A stretch of DNA of 63,744 nucleotides, counting the filler, from Chloroflexota bacterium (GTDB lineage Bacteria > Chloroflexota > Chloroflexia > QHBQ01), in the NCBI GenBank assembly GCA_043754535.1. It is 7 parts of 7 records of this genome, joined end to end, with 100 filler letters (N's around TTAATTAATTAA, not from the genome) between each part and the next. Parts side by side here need not be neighbours in the genome. Positions count along the whole stretch, not along the records: positions 36,952 to 61,065 come from JAYUUN010000071.1; 6 more parts are not named here. One strand, written 5' to 3'. The first letter of the stretch is position 1; every line of letters begins with the position of its first letter. Shown here piece by piece: positions 50,039 through 59,961 of this stretch. A program made the position numbers and the translations under genes. The notes under the pieces were generated by a model. It was not told the DNA's origin. It worked only from the letters and a program-made list of their open reading frames with translations, and did no database searches.

Positions 50039-51343
50039 ATGCCAGTCAAAGAGCCTGCTACGCACCGCAAACTAAAGGTCGTTGAGAGAGAAGCAAGTCC
50101 AGCCGGGCTAGAAGCGAGCGAGGGGATCGCTATACCAGCCGTGCTGGAAACAACCGCTCCCGAAGCCGAGGCTGCCGAGGTCGCCCCACCCGCAGCGGTG
50201 CGCGAGCCGCTGATGAGCAGGCCCAAGCCCCGCGAGGTACCGACGATCAGTGGGGCAATGGACAGCTTCAAGGCCACCCTCAGCGGTAAGTCACCACGTA
50301 CGGTGACAACCTACGCTACGGGATTGCGCCGTATGGCCCAGTTCCTGGAGTCGCGCAAGCTCAAGATAGCGACCGACCCCAGCACTGCTCTGCCCGACAC
50401 CCTGTTGGAGGACTTCTACCTCTGGCTGGTAGACATTCATGGCCGCGACGCACGGATGACGATCAGCACCTATGTCGCGGCGATCTCCGCCTTCGTGCGC
50501 TATCTGGATCGCCGCCGCTGGCTGCCAGAGGAAGCATCGTACTCCAGGATGCGCGAGGAGGTACGCGCCCTGATGGGTCGCTCCTCCTACAAAACGCCGC
50601 GCATTGACAGCCGCATCCCCCTGATCGTGATGGCCGCCGAGAACTGCACGGTGCCAATCGAGGGTAGCGACTACAGTTCGCGCCAGAAGCGGCTGGAAGT
50701 GCTGCGCGACCGGGCCGTACTACACGTTCTTTTCTCCACTGGCTTGCGCCGCGAGGAGGTCAGCCGCCTCAACCGCGCCGACATTGAGGATGGCCGCCGT
50801 AGCCAGGCGATTATCACAGGCAAAGGCGACAAAGAACGGGTCGTCTTCTTCGGCCCCGACGCGCTCAAGCACATCCGCGCTTATATAATCGCCCGCGCCG
50901 ACAACTACCAGCCGCTCTTTACCCGCCACGACCGAGGGCGCGGCAAGCCAGCACGGGGCGGCACCAACTATCGCCTCAGCGCGCAGTCGGTCTGGGGCAT
51001 CGTCAAGCAGTGGGCGTTGGTGGCAGGTATCGAGGCGACCACCCACGACTTCCGCCACGCGAAGGCTAGCACCCTGCTCAACCGTGGCGCGCAGTTGAGC
51101 GAAGTGCAGGACTTGCTCGGCCACGCTTCGCCAGAGACAACCAAGAAGATTTACGCCCACTACACCACCTCCCACCTGCGCGAGGCTTTCGACCGCTTCA
51201 GCGTCTCGCCCCAGGAAGCCGCCAATGCGCTTGAACACAAGACCGGTGACCTTACCAGACCAGATGTGAACAGCGAACCAACAGGGCAGCCCCCGACTAT
51301 CTTCCCAGGAGACCGCGATGAGCCAACCGGCAACCACGCTTGA
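50039..51343 (+). CDS. Xer-like tyrosine recombinase
   Basis: Catalytic set R (TGLRREE), K (GKGDK), HxxR (HDFRH), H (LLGH), Y (TTKKIY); GGGAGG RBS before ATG 50039. Confidence 0.9.
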   Translation: MPVKEPATHRKLKVVEREASPAGLEASEGIAIPAVLETTAPEAEAAEVAPPAAVREPLMSRPKPREVPTISGAMDSFKATLSGKSPRTVTTYATGLRRMAQFLESRKLKIATDPSTALPDTLLEDFYLWLVDIHGRDARMTISTYVAAISAFVRYLDRRRWLPEEASYSRMREEVRALMGRSSYKTPRIDSRIPLIVMAAENCTVPIEGSDYSSRQKRLEVLRDRAVLHVLFSTGLRREEVSRLNRADIEDGRRSQAIITGKGDKERVVFFGPDALKHIRAYIIARADNYQPLFTRHDRGRGKPARGGTNYRLSAQSVWGIVKQWALVAGIEATTHDFRHAKASTLLNRGAQLSEVQDLLGHASPETTKKIYAHYTTSHLREAFDRFSVSPQEAANALEHKTGDLTRPDVNSEPTGQPPTIFPGDRDEPTGNHA

Positions 51344-54300
51344 AGCAGTCCTCTTTGAAAGCACACCTGTTGCGCTGATTTTTTGCAACGCAGACCTGCG
51401 AGTGCAGAGAGTTAACCGAGCTGCGCGCCATCTGTTGGGCGATGAAGCAGCGAGCGGTAAGCTGCTGACCAGCATCATGAGCGGGCTGGACGAAGCGGCC
51501 TTGCAAGCAGCACTGGCGGACGGTAGGGTGGCAGAGATGCTGATCCAGAGCGGCGCGGGGGAAAGCGAACGCCATCTAAATCTCACCTGCGCCCCGTTGA
51601 CCATTGCTAGCGGGCGTGGCCTACTGTTTACCGCCAGCGACGTAACCGCCGCCCAGCTTGCCCTGCGCCAGAGCCAGGCTGAGGCTGAGAGCCTGCGCGC
51701 CCGCAATGCTGACTTGCAGGCCACCCTCGACCACATCCCCGATGTGGTGATGGTGATCGAACCGGACGGCAAGTCGGGCTACATTAACCAGGCGGGCAAG
51801 GCAATGCGCGGCGAGCGGCTGGCTGATGGCAGCTACCCCGCTTTGCAGCGGCCCGACGGTAGCCCGTTGCCGCCCGCAGAACTACCGATTGCTCGCGCCC
51901 TCCGTGGCGAAAACTTCAGCGAGGCCGAGGTGCGCTATGGCTTGGGCGAACGCAGTCGCATCTTCAGCTTCGGCGGCAATGTGGTGCAGGATGAAGACGG
52001 CCAGACCCGCAATGTGGTGCTGGTTGGCCGCGATATTACCCACCAGTGGCAGCTTGAACGTAGCCTTGAGCAGCAGCGCGACCAATTGCAGCGCATCATC
52101 GACAGCCTGCCCGACTCGGTGATCGTGGTAGACCCACAAGGCAAAGTGGTTCTCCGCAACCAGGCAAACCACAACCTTCGCACGCGGGTAAATGGCGAGC
52201 CGCTCAGCGGTGAGCGGGACTTGGGGGCAGGCAGCTTCTACCCAGATGGCAGGCCGATGTCGCTTGAGGAGTACCCCCGTATGCGGGCTGCGAAGGGGGA
52301 GGTGGTGCGTGATGCCGAGATACACTACGTTGACGAGGCTGGCGACAAGCACATCCTCAACGTCAACGCCGGGCCGATCCACGACGACGAAGGCAAGATC
52401 ATCCTGGCGATCAGCGTCGCCCACGACATTACTGCCCAGCGTAGGCTTGAAGAAGAAGTGCGGGCCAGCCGCGACCAGTTGCAGACGGTGCTAGATAGCA
52501 TCCCCAACCCGGTTGTCCTGGTTGCCCCCGGTGGCAAGGCGATCTACCGTAACCCGGCCCAACTGCAACTTCTAGGCATGAGCAAGGATGGGCAGCCCAG
52601 CACAGTGCTTAGCTCTGCCACCCTCGGCGTGTTCGACCTGGAGGGCAACCCGCTGGGCAGCGAGATGTACCCCGACCGCCGCGTGCTGGCAGGCGAGGAT
52701 TTTAGCGACTTTGAGTACTACTTTACTGGCCCTGATGGGCTTAGCCGCCTGATGAGCGTCTCTGGGGCGGCGGTGCGCGACGAACAGGGCAATGTCACGC
52801 TCGGCGTGATCAACAGCCACGATGTCAGCCGTATCTACAACCTTGAGCGCGAACTGCGCCAGAGCCGCGACCAGTTGCAGACTATATTGGACAATATGCC
52901 CGACGCTGTGGTGCTGGTAGGGGCCGATGGTATTACCCGCTACCGCAACCGGGCCAGCCAACAGCTTACCGACTACGATGTGGCGCAGGTGAACCAGAAG
53001 CATGCAGAGAGCGACTTGCAGTTGTTCACCCTGGATGGTCGGGAACTGGTAACCGACGAACGCCCGATCAGCCGCCTGCTGCGTGGGGCGCAAGTCAGCA
53101 ATGAGGCCCTGCTCTTTTCCACCTCGTCAGGGCTGCACTACATCAGTGTCAGTGGCAGCCTCCTGCGGAGCGCGTCGGGCGAGGGCGACATGGCAATCCT
53201 GGTTACCCGTGACATCACCGAGCAGCGTGAGCTTGAGCAGAACTACAAGGCCAAGAGCGACGAGTTGCAGGCGATCCTCGACAACCTGAGTGAGGGCGTA
53301 ACCACAGTCAGCAGCGATGGCCTGAGAACCTATACCAACCGGGCTGGTTTGGCTATTGCTGGGATGGAAGGGGGCGAGACCCTGCCTGAAACAGTGCTGG
53401 TGGATACCCGCCCACGCAATATTGATGGTAGCCAGATGACTGAAGCGCAATATCCGCGCACCCGCGCCCTCAACGGCGAAGTGTTCAACGACCTGCGCTT
53501 CATCCTAACCGACTTGCGCGGTCAGGAGAAGGTGATCAGCATTAGCGGCTCGCATATTAGTGCTGAGCAGGGGCACATCACCCGGGCGATTACCATCTAC
53601 CGCGACATCACAGAGCAACGCGAACTTGAGCGCGAACTCAAGTCTAGCCGCGACCAGTTGCAGGCGATCCTCGACAACATGAGCGAGTCGGTCGTGCTGA
53701 CTACGTCCGACCATCGAGTGGTTTACAGCAACGCCACCGCCATGCGGCTAGCTGGGGCAGACCGGCCTGAGCGGTTCAAGACCAACAGCGACTACAGCGT
53801 ATTGGCTGTGCGCGAGCTTGACGGTACCCCAGTGGCCGCCGAGAACTTCCCTACCGCAAGGGCTGCCAGGGGCGAAGTGTTCAACGACCAATTCGCCCTA
53901 TTCACCGATCTGCATGGTGTGGAGCGGGTGGTCACTGCTAGCGGCTTCCACATCGACGACGACGAGGGCCTCCTGCGCTACGGGGTGGTGATCACCCGCG
54001 ATATTACCAGCCAATACCTGCTCGAACGCAGCCTCGCTAGCAGCCGCGACGAGTTGCAGGCTATCTTGGAGAACATGACCGAAGGGGTGATCCTGATGCA
54101 CCCGGACGGCAACCTGAGCTACATCAACCGGGCTGGTCGCAAGATGCTTGGCGTTGACCTCGGTGTGGACGTGAAGATACTAGGCGACTTTAGCCAGATG
54201 AGCATTACCTACCCCAACGGGCTTAAAGTGCCACTTGCCGATTATCCGCTCAACCAAGCGGCGCAGGGTGCAGTCTTCACTGATAGCGAAATATACTATC

Positions 54301-55544
54301 TGCGACCCGACGGCCAACGCTTGCTGCTCAGTGTCGGCGGCAGTGCCGTGAGCGACGAGGCGGGTGCGGTGCGGCTGGCGATCAACGTCTTCCGCGATGT
54401 CAGCAGCCAGCGCGAGATCGAGAACCAAATCTCCCAATTGCTGATGCAGTCCGACCGCGACCGCCAGCGGCTACTGACCGTGATCGAGCAGTTGCCCGCC
54501 GGGGTGATCGTCCTCTCTGCCCCTGACCTGACCGTGTTGGCCCGCAACAGCTTCGCCAACGAAATCCTCAGACTTGGCGAGCCGGAGCAGATCGGCGAGC
54601 AAGATGATACGGCCCTCTATGAGATGATCAGGCCCGACGGTAGTTCCTTGCCCGCCGAGCAGTGGCCGGTGAACCGCGCTATCCTGGGCGAACGTGTTCT
54701 TGGTGAACAGTGGCGCGTGCGCTGCCAGGACGGCACCATGCGCGACCTGTTGGTTAGTGCCGTGCCGATCTATGAGGAGCGCGAAGGCGAGGGGGTCGTC
54801 TTCAGCGTAGCCAGCACCTTCCAAGACATCAGCGAACTGAAGGAGCTTGACCGGCTCAAGGACGAGTTCATCTCGATCACTTCGCACGAACTGCGTACTC
54901 CCCTGACCACGATCAAGGGCTACAGCCAGATGTTGGCGCGTAAGCTGCGCAAACTGGACATTGAGAATGCCGCCCGCCAGGAGTTGCAGAAGCCACTGGA
55001 TACGATCACCGAGCGCAGTGAGCGGATGATCAGCATGGTCAACGACCTGTTGGATGTGTCGCGCATTGCCACTGGCCGCTTCGAGGTGGTGGGGCAGGCG
55101 ATAGACATTGCGGCACTCGCCAGCAACCGAAGCGAGGAGGCCGAGGTTGCCCACCAGTTGCCTATCCAACTGCACCTGCCTGACGAGCCAGTGATCGTCA
55201 AGGGGGAGGAACGGTTGGTGGAGCAGGTTCTCAACAACCTGATCGGCAATGCCGCCAAGTACAGTCCAGCTGGCGGCGCGATCACCGTCAGCGTCGAGCG
55301 CGGTGATGAGTTTGCCACCGTCAGCGTCCAAGACGAGGGCATTGGCATCCCGGCAGAGCAACAAGCGCACCTCTTTGAACGGTTCTACCGCACGGAGAAG
55401 GGCAAGCAGACCGCCAGCGGCCTCGGTCTCGGCCTCTATATCAGCAGCGGCATCGTCCAGGCGCATGGTGGCCGAATGTGGGTGGAGAGTGCGGGGGAGG
55501 GTAAAGGCTCTACCTTCTTCTTCACCCTGCCGCTAGTACAGTAG
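51318..55544 (+). CDS. Soluble sensor histidine kinase with nine PAS domains
   Basis: Nine L..(I/V)(L/I)(D/E)..P/S..V...G / (R/H)D(I/V)(T/S) units; H-box SHELRTPL; N-box NLIGNAAKYS; DEGIGI; GLGLGL; no TM. Confidence 0.92.
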   Translation: MSQPATTLEAVLFESTPVALIFCNADLRVQRVNRAARHLLGDEAASGKLLTSIMSGLDEAALQAALADGRVAEMLIQSGAGESERHLNLTCAPLTIASGRGLLFTASDVTAAQLALRQSQAEAESLRARNADLQATLDHIPDVVMVIEPDGKSGYINQAGKAMRGERLADGSYPALQRPDGSPLPPAELPIARALRGENFSEAEVRYGLGERSRIFSFGGNVVQDEDGQTRNVVLVGRDITHQWQLERSLEQQRDQLQRIIDSLPDSVIVVDPQGKVVLRNQANHNLRTRVNGEPLSGERDLGAGSFYPDGRPMSLEEYPRMRAAKGEVVRDAEIHYVDEAGDKHILNVNAGPIHDDEGKIILAISVAHDITAQRRLEEEVRASRDQLQTVLDSIPNPVVLVAPGGKAIYRNPAQLQLLGMSKDGQPSTVLSSATLGVFDLEGNPLGSEMYPDRRVLAGEDFSDFEYYFTGPDGLSRLMSVSGAAVRDEQGNVTLGVINSHDVSRIYNLERELRQSRDQLQTILDNMPDAVVLVGADGITRYRNRASQQLTDYDVAQVNQKHAESDLQLFTLDGRELVTDERPISRLLRGAQVSNEALLFSTSSGLHYISVSGSLLRSASGEGDMAILVTRDITEQRELEQNYKAKSDELQAILDNLSEGVTTVSSDGLRTYTNRAGLAIAGMEGGETLPETVLVDTRPRNIDGSQMTEAQYPRTRALNGEVFNDLRFILTDLRGQEKVISISGSHISAEQGHITRAITIYRDITEQRELERELKSSRDQLQAILDNMSESVVLTTSDHRVVYSNATAMRLAGADRPERFKTNSDYSVLAVRELDGTPVAAENFPTARAARGEVFNDQFALFTDLHGVERVVTASGFHIDDDEGLLRYGVVITRDITSQYLLERSLASSRDELQAILENMTEGVILMHPDGNLSYINRAGRKMLGVDLGVDVKILGDFSQMSITYPNGLKVPLADYPLNQAAQGAVFTDSEIYYLRPDGQRLLLSVGGSAVSDEAGAVRLAINVFRDVSSQREIENQISQLLMQSDRDRQRLLTVIEQLPAGVIVLSAPDLTVLARNSFANEILRLGEPEQIGEQDDTALYEMIRPDGSSLPAEQWPVNRAILGERVLGEQWRVRCQDGTMRDLLVSAVPIYEEREGEGVVFSVASTFQDISELKELDRLKDEFISITSHELRTPLTTIKGYSQMLARKLRKLDIENAARQELQKPLDTITERSERMISMVNDLLDVSRIATGRFEVVGQAIDIAALASNRSEEAEVAHQLPIQLHLPDEPVIVKGEERLVEQVLNNLIGNAAKYSPAGGAITVSVERGDEFATVSVQDEGIGIPAEQQAHLFERFYRTEKGKQTASGLGLGLYISSGIVQAHGGRMWVESAGEGKGSTFFFTLPLVQ

Positions 55545-55579
55545 CAATGATAGAGGCAAATTAACAACCAGAAGGGTGG

Positions 55580-56101
55580 ATGAGCAGCAGCGATATGCCA
55601 GAACGGATGAAGCAGTGGCAGCATTACCGGGTGGCCCATTGCATCCTGCTTTCACCAGCCAGTGACAGCGTACTGCTGGTTGGCAACCGCTGGCCGGGGC
55701 AGGTGGGGCTGGTCTGGACGCTACCAGGTGGCAGAGCAGAGCAGGGCGAACCGCTGCACTCTACCTTGCAGCGCGAGTTTGGCGAGGAAACTGGGGTGCA
55801 GGTTAGTCCGCTCCAGCTAGCCTATGTTGCCGAAGCGCGCAGCGAAGTGGAGGGCAAGCTCTACCTCACCTGCGCCTACCTGGTTGCGGCAGAGGTGGGA
55901 GCGGAATTGCCCACCAACTGGCACGACCCAGAGGGGGTGGTGGCGGCGGCCCGCTTCGTGCTGCTTAGCGCATTGGCGGCAGTGATCACCAGCCCCAGCC
56001 TCGGCCTGCCCCTGCGCTACTTCCTTGCCCACCGCGAGCAGCCAGCCCGCTACTGGTTCTTCCCCAACTACAACGCTGATACGGAGCATACGCTTGTCTA
56101 G
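55580..56101 (+). CDS. NUDIX hydrolase
   Basis: LPGGRAEQGE...LQREFGEETG. Confidence 0.85.
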   Translation: MSSSDMPERMKQWQHYRVAHCILLSPASDSVLLVGNRWPGQVGLVWTLPGGRAEQGEPLHSTLQREFGEETGVQVSPLQLAYVAEARSEVEGKLYLTCAYLVAAEVGAELPTNWHDPEGVVAAARFVLLSALAAVITSPSLGLPLRYFLAHREQPARYWFFPNYNADTEHTLV

Positions 56102-57857
56102 AGCGACCCGACACCTGTTTGCCGCCGTGCTACTAGCTACCCTGCTCCTTACCCTTGTTGGCTGCGACCAGGACAGGCCAACCCCCACCCCGACCAGCCC
56201 GCCTGCCCCCACCGTTGCCCCACCAAAACTGCCGAGCAATACGCCCCGTCCAGCCCTAGCCACTGCCACCCCGCCGCCCACCCCAGTTAGCGTGCCGAAG
56301 GGCGGCACTCTGACCGTGCGGCTGCTGGCCGACCTCAACAACTTCAATCCCCTACTCAACGTCGCCGACGCGAGCGCGGGGCTAGTCAACAGCGCGCTGT
56401 TCAACGGCTTGACCCGGCTAGACGGTAGCTTGCAGCCGCAGCCCGACCTGGCCGAAAGCTGGCAGGTTTCGCCCGACGGCCTACGCCTCAGCTTCCGCCT
56501 GCGCCAGGGCGTGCTGTGGCACGACGGGCAGCCGCTTACCGCTGCTGATGTAATCTACACCTACGAGGCCTGGTCACGCTTGCCCCAGACCACGCGGCTG
56601 CAAGCGCACCTGACCGCAGCACGGGTGCGCGTGACGACCCCTGACCCGGCGGGCCTGACCGTCGTCTTCGAGATGGGTCAGCCCTATGCCCCCCTCTTGG
56701 CCGACCTCAGCACGCCGATCCTGCCCGCCCATCGCCTGCGCGATGTGCCGTTGGAGAAGCTGGGCAGCGACCCCTTCGCCTTCCAGCCAGTCGGCACTGG
56801 CCCCTTCAAGTTTGCCAGCCACGAGGTGGGCCAGAACATCATCCTCACCGCCAACCCTGCCTACCACCTGGGCGCACCCAATCTTGAACGGCTAGCCTTC
56901 GTCGTCGCCCCCGACGAGCGCATTGCAGCCCAGGCCGTGCGCGACGGTAACCTACTCTACGCCAGCCTCAACCACGAGCAGGCGGTCAGCTTGCAAGCGA
57001 CTGCGGGGATCACTGCCGGCCTAGCCTTCGGTAGCTACCCAGAGGATGGCTACTACTTTCTAGCCTTCAACCTGCGGCCCGGCCACCTGTTCAGCGACTA
57101 CCGTCTGCGCCGCGCCCTCGCCTACAGCCTCGACCGTGATGCTATCGTGCGCCAAGCCACTGCTGGGCAGGGCTTGCCGCTCTGGAGCTTCGCCCTGCCC
57201 AACACCTGGGCCTATGAGCCAACTACCCCTCGCTATGGACAGAACATTGGCGAAGCGAAGCGGCTGCTAGCCGAGGCGGGCTGGCAGCCAGGGGCGGGTG
57301 GCGGACTGCAACAGGGCGGCAAGCTCCTAGCCTTCAAGCTCTACCTGCGGGCCGACGACCCCACTCGCCGCCAGGCTGCCAACCTGATTGCCGCGCAGGC
57401 AGCGACACTGGGCATCAGCGTGACGGTCGCGGCGGTTGACCCCAACTCCGTTCTATCTGCCCTGCTCGACCCGACCCGCGACCCGGCCTTCGACTTTGAG
57501 GCGATCCTTGCGGGCTGGGGGACGCTCGGCTACGACTTCGACCCCTACCCCTTGCTTGCCAGCGACCAGCAGCCGACCGCAGCCGCGCCGGGTCTGCTCA
57601 ACTACGTCGGCTACAACAACGCCGACTTCACCGCCCGCGCCGCCGCTGCCCGCCGCGAGTACGATTTTGCCGCCCGCAAGGCCCAGGCTGCCGACCTGCA
57701 AAACACCCTTGCTGCCGAACTACCCTACGACCCGCTCTGGGCCGCCCAGTACTTCACCGTCGCCAGTCGCAAACTGGCGGCTAGCGACGGCACCCCGCTC
57801 AGCCTCAACTCGCCCAACCCGCTCTGGAATGTGGAACGATGGTTCATCAGCAAGTAG
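56094..57857 (+). CDS. ABC transporter substrate-binding lipoprotein, family 5 (peptide/nickel)
   Basis: Lipobox LVGC, PDLAESW, LRQGVLWHDGQPLTAADV, PVGTGPF; TTG 56094 after GGAG; no cognate permease adjacent. Confidence 0.88.
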   Translation: MSRATRHLFAAVLLATLLLTLVGCDQDRPTPTPTSPPAPTVAPPKLPSNTPRPALATATPPPTPVSVPKGGTLTVRLLADLNNFNPLLNVADASAGLVNSALFNGLTRLDGSLQPQPDLAESWQVSPDGLRLSFRLRQGVLWHDGQPLTAADVIYTYEAWSRLPQTTRLQAHLTAARVRVTTPDPAGLTVVFEMGQPYAPLLADLSTPILPAHRLRDVPLEKLGSDPFAFQPVGTGPFKFASHEVGQNIILTANPAYHLGAPNLERLAFVVAPDERIAAQAVRDGNLLYASLNHEQAVSLQATAGITAGLAFGSYPEDGYYFLAFNLRPGHLFSDYRLRRALAYSLDRDAIVRQATAGQGLPLWSFALPNTWAYEPTTPRYGQNIGEAKRLLAEAGWQPGAGGGLQQGGKLLAFKLYLRADDPTRRQAANLIAAQAATLGISVTVAAVDPNSVLSALLDPTRDPAFDFEAILAGWGTLGYDFDPYPLLASDQQPTAAAPGLLNYVGYNNADFTARAAAARREYDFAARKAQAADLQNTLAAELPYDPLWAAQYFTVASRKLAASDGTPLSLNSPNPLWNVERWFISK

Positions 57858-58043
57858 CACCCTAGCTGCGCCCTTGCAGAAGGAGCGAGCAGCCCGTTTG
57901 ATCGCCGTCAACCCCTTTTGGTATACTTCCTGCGAACAGTTTGTGTAGCATCTGGCTTCTAAGCCGAGTTACCTACTGCGGTCAGCAACATTGAGGGGCG
58001 TAGCACGCCTTTACCCAAATAGCTAACAAAGAAGGAGTTTTCG

Positions 58044-59096
58044 ATGGAAACCACCACGACTGCGCCAGCGTCGTCGCAGAGCAGCAACGGCCACAGCAAC
58101 GGTAGCCAGCCCGCCAATGCGCCCCGCCGCTACAGCCTCGACGAAATGGGTTTCGGCTCTGGCAAGAAGGCCCGCCTGCACCGCCTGCTCTACCAGTATG
58201 GCCCCGGCAACGGTACCATGCTGTTGCTGCCAATTGACCAGGGTTTGGAGCATGGCCCGATTGACTTCCTCGGCAACCCCGATGCCCTCGACCCAGAGTT
58301 CCAACTGCGGGTCGCCCTCGAAGGCGGCTACAGTGGGATCGTCTACCAGGTCGGTATCGCCAACAAGTATATGCACAAGTACGCCGGGCGGGTGCCGCTC
58401 GTCCTCAAACTGAACGGCAAGACCAACCTGCCGAACGACGATGCCCCCTTCTCTCCCCAACTCGCCAGCATCCAGGATGCCCACTACCTGGGCGCGGATG
58501 CGGTCGGCTACACCCTCTACGTTGGCTCGTCGCGCCAGGATGAGGACTTCCGCCAAATCTGGAAGGTGCGCGAGGAGTGCGAGAAGTATGGCCTACCGCT
58601 GATCGTCTGGAGCTACCCGCGTGGCACAGCGGTTAAGGCGAAGGGTGGAGTGGATAGCCTCTATGCGGTGGACTATGCCGCCCGCGCCGCCCTCGAAGTG
58701 GGCGCAGACATCGTGAAGGTCAACGTGCCGGTCTACCAGTACAACATGAGCAACGAGAAGGAAGCCGCCGCCTTCAACGCTATGCCGAAGGAATACCAGG
58801 CTCTCAGCGAGGATTACGGCAGCGCAATCCGCCGCGTTGTCCTCAGCGCGGGTCGCTCGATGGTACTGTTCAGCGGGGGCAGCAAGCTAGGCGACACTGA
58901 CCTGTTGGAGAAGGCCCGCCAGGCAATGGCAAACGGCGCAAGTGGCCTAATCTTTGGTCGCAACATCTGGCAACGCCCGCACGACCAGGCGATCAGCATC
59001 AGCCAACAAATTAAGCAGATCATGCTCGAACACCCCTTCCAGGGTGATGACAACCTGTTGGCGACCCACAGCAGCAGCAACAGCGACGGCAGCTAG
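58044..59096 (+). CDS. fbaB: Class I (DhnA-type) fructose-bisphosphate aldolase
   Basis: LPIDQGLEHGP, LKLNG, WSYPRG, GADIVK (Schiff-base Lys), FGRNIWQ. Confidence 0.88.
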   Translation: METTTTAPASSQSSNGHSNGSQPANAPRRYSLDEMGFGSGKKARLHRLLYQYGPGNGTMLLLPIDQGLEHGPIDFLGNPDALDPEFQLRVALEGGYSGIVYQVGIANKYMHKYAGRVPLVLKLNGKTNLPNDDAPFSPQLASIQDAHYLGADAVGYTLYVGSSRQDEDFRQIWKVREECEKYGLPLIVWSYPRGTAVKAKGGVDSLYAVDYAARAALEVGADIVKVNVPVYQYNMSNEKEAAAFNAMPKEYQALSEDYGSAIRRVVLSAGRSMVLFSGGSKLGDTDLLEKARQAMANGASGLIFGRNIWQRPHDQAISISQQIKQIMLEHPFQGDDNLLATHSSSNSDGS

Positions 59097-59111
59097 GCTA
59101 GCGCAGCACGC

Positions 59112-59150
59112 AGGCTCCTCTCCTCTTGACAGGAGAGGGGCTTCCTTTTT
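59112..59150 (+). terminator. Intrinsic terminator
   Basis: AGGCTCCTCTCCT...AGGAGAGGGGCTT then TTTTT. Confidence 0.65.
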
Positions 59151-59175
59151 GGTCTGGCAATGAGGGGGGGAGAAG

Positions 59176-59943
59176 ATGAACAGGCAACAGGCAGGCAAGC
59201 CGAAGGGTGGACAAGACGGCAGTGGGGTGATCCAACGCCACTTCACGCTAGGCATCACCTACTACGAGGCGGAGGACTACGCAGCCGCACTGCGCGAGTT
59301 CAATACCGCCCTCAAGCTTGATCCAGAGAGCAGCGACATCCTCACCAACCGAGCGGCCACCTACGCTCAGCTTGGTCGCGTTGCGGATGCGCTGGCCGAC
59401 TGCGACCAGATCATCGCCCTTGAGCCGGACAATGCTGTACACCTCGACAACCGCGGTCTCACCCTCGCGGGAACGGGCGACCAGCAGCGGGCGATCCAGG
59501 ACTTCGACGCGGCCATCGCGCTCGACCCCAGCTTCCTCAACCCCTGGGTCAATCGGGGCAGCAGCTACCAGGCTCTCGGCCAGTATGAGCAATCGCTAGA
59601 GGACTTCGACGCGGCCCTCACCCTTGAGCCGGAGGATGATGTAGCCCTCAACCAGCGGGGGATCAGCTATGCCCGCCTGGGCCGCTATGCCGAGGGGCTG
59701 GCCGACTTCCAGCGCGTGCTTGCACTTGACCCAGACGACGAGGACGCACTCTACAATACTGCCTGGACCTACGCGCTGCTGCACGAGGCAGAGGAGTGTC
59801 TGCGCTATCTGCGCGAGGCGATCCAGGTTGACCCCGCCGCCCGCGAAACGGCAGAGGCTGACCGAGCCGACTACCAGTGGTTGCTCGACCACGACGCAGA
59901 GTTCGCCAGCGAGTTCACGTGGCTGCTAGCCCAGGTGGGTTAG
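59176..59943 (+). CDS. TPR repeat protein
   Basis: About six 34-aa repeats NRG...G....A..DF..A..L.P. Confidence 0.88.
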   Translation: MNRQQAGKPKGGQDGSGVIQRHFTLGITYYEAEDYAAALREFNTALKLDPESSDILTNRAATYAQLGRVADALADCDQIIALEPDNAVHLDNRGLTLAGTGDQQRAIQDFDAAIALDPSFLNPWVNRGSSYQALGQYEQSLEDFDAALTLEPEDDVALNQRGISYARLGRYAEGLADFQRVLALDPDDEDALYNTAWTYALLHEAEECLRYLREAIQVDPAARETAEADRADYQWLLDHDAEFASEFTWLLAQVG

Positions 59944-59961
59944 CTTGCCCAGGGCCACTTG

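Noticed and set aside
50039..51343. Integron integrase or prophage integrase
   Set aside because: No IntI-specific insertion was recognised, there are no attC-like cassettes, tRNA target or flanking direct repeats, and the neighbours are ordinary chromosomal genes.
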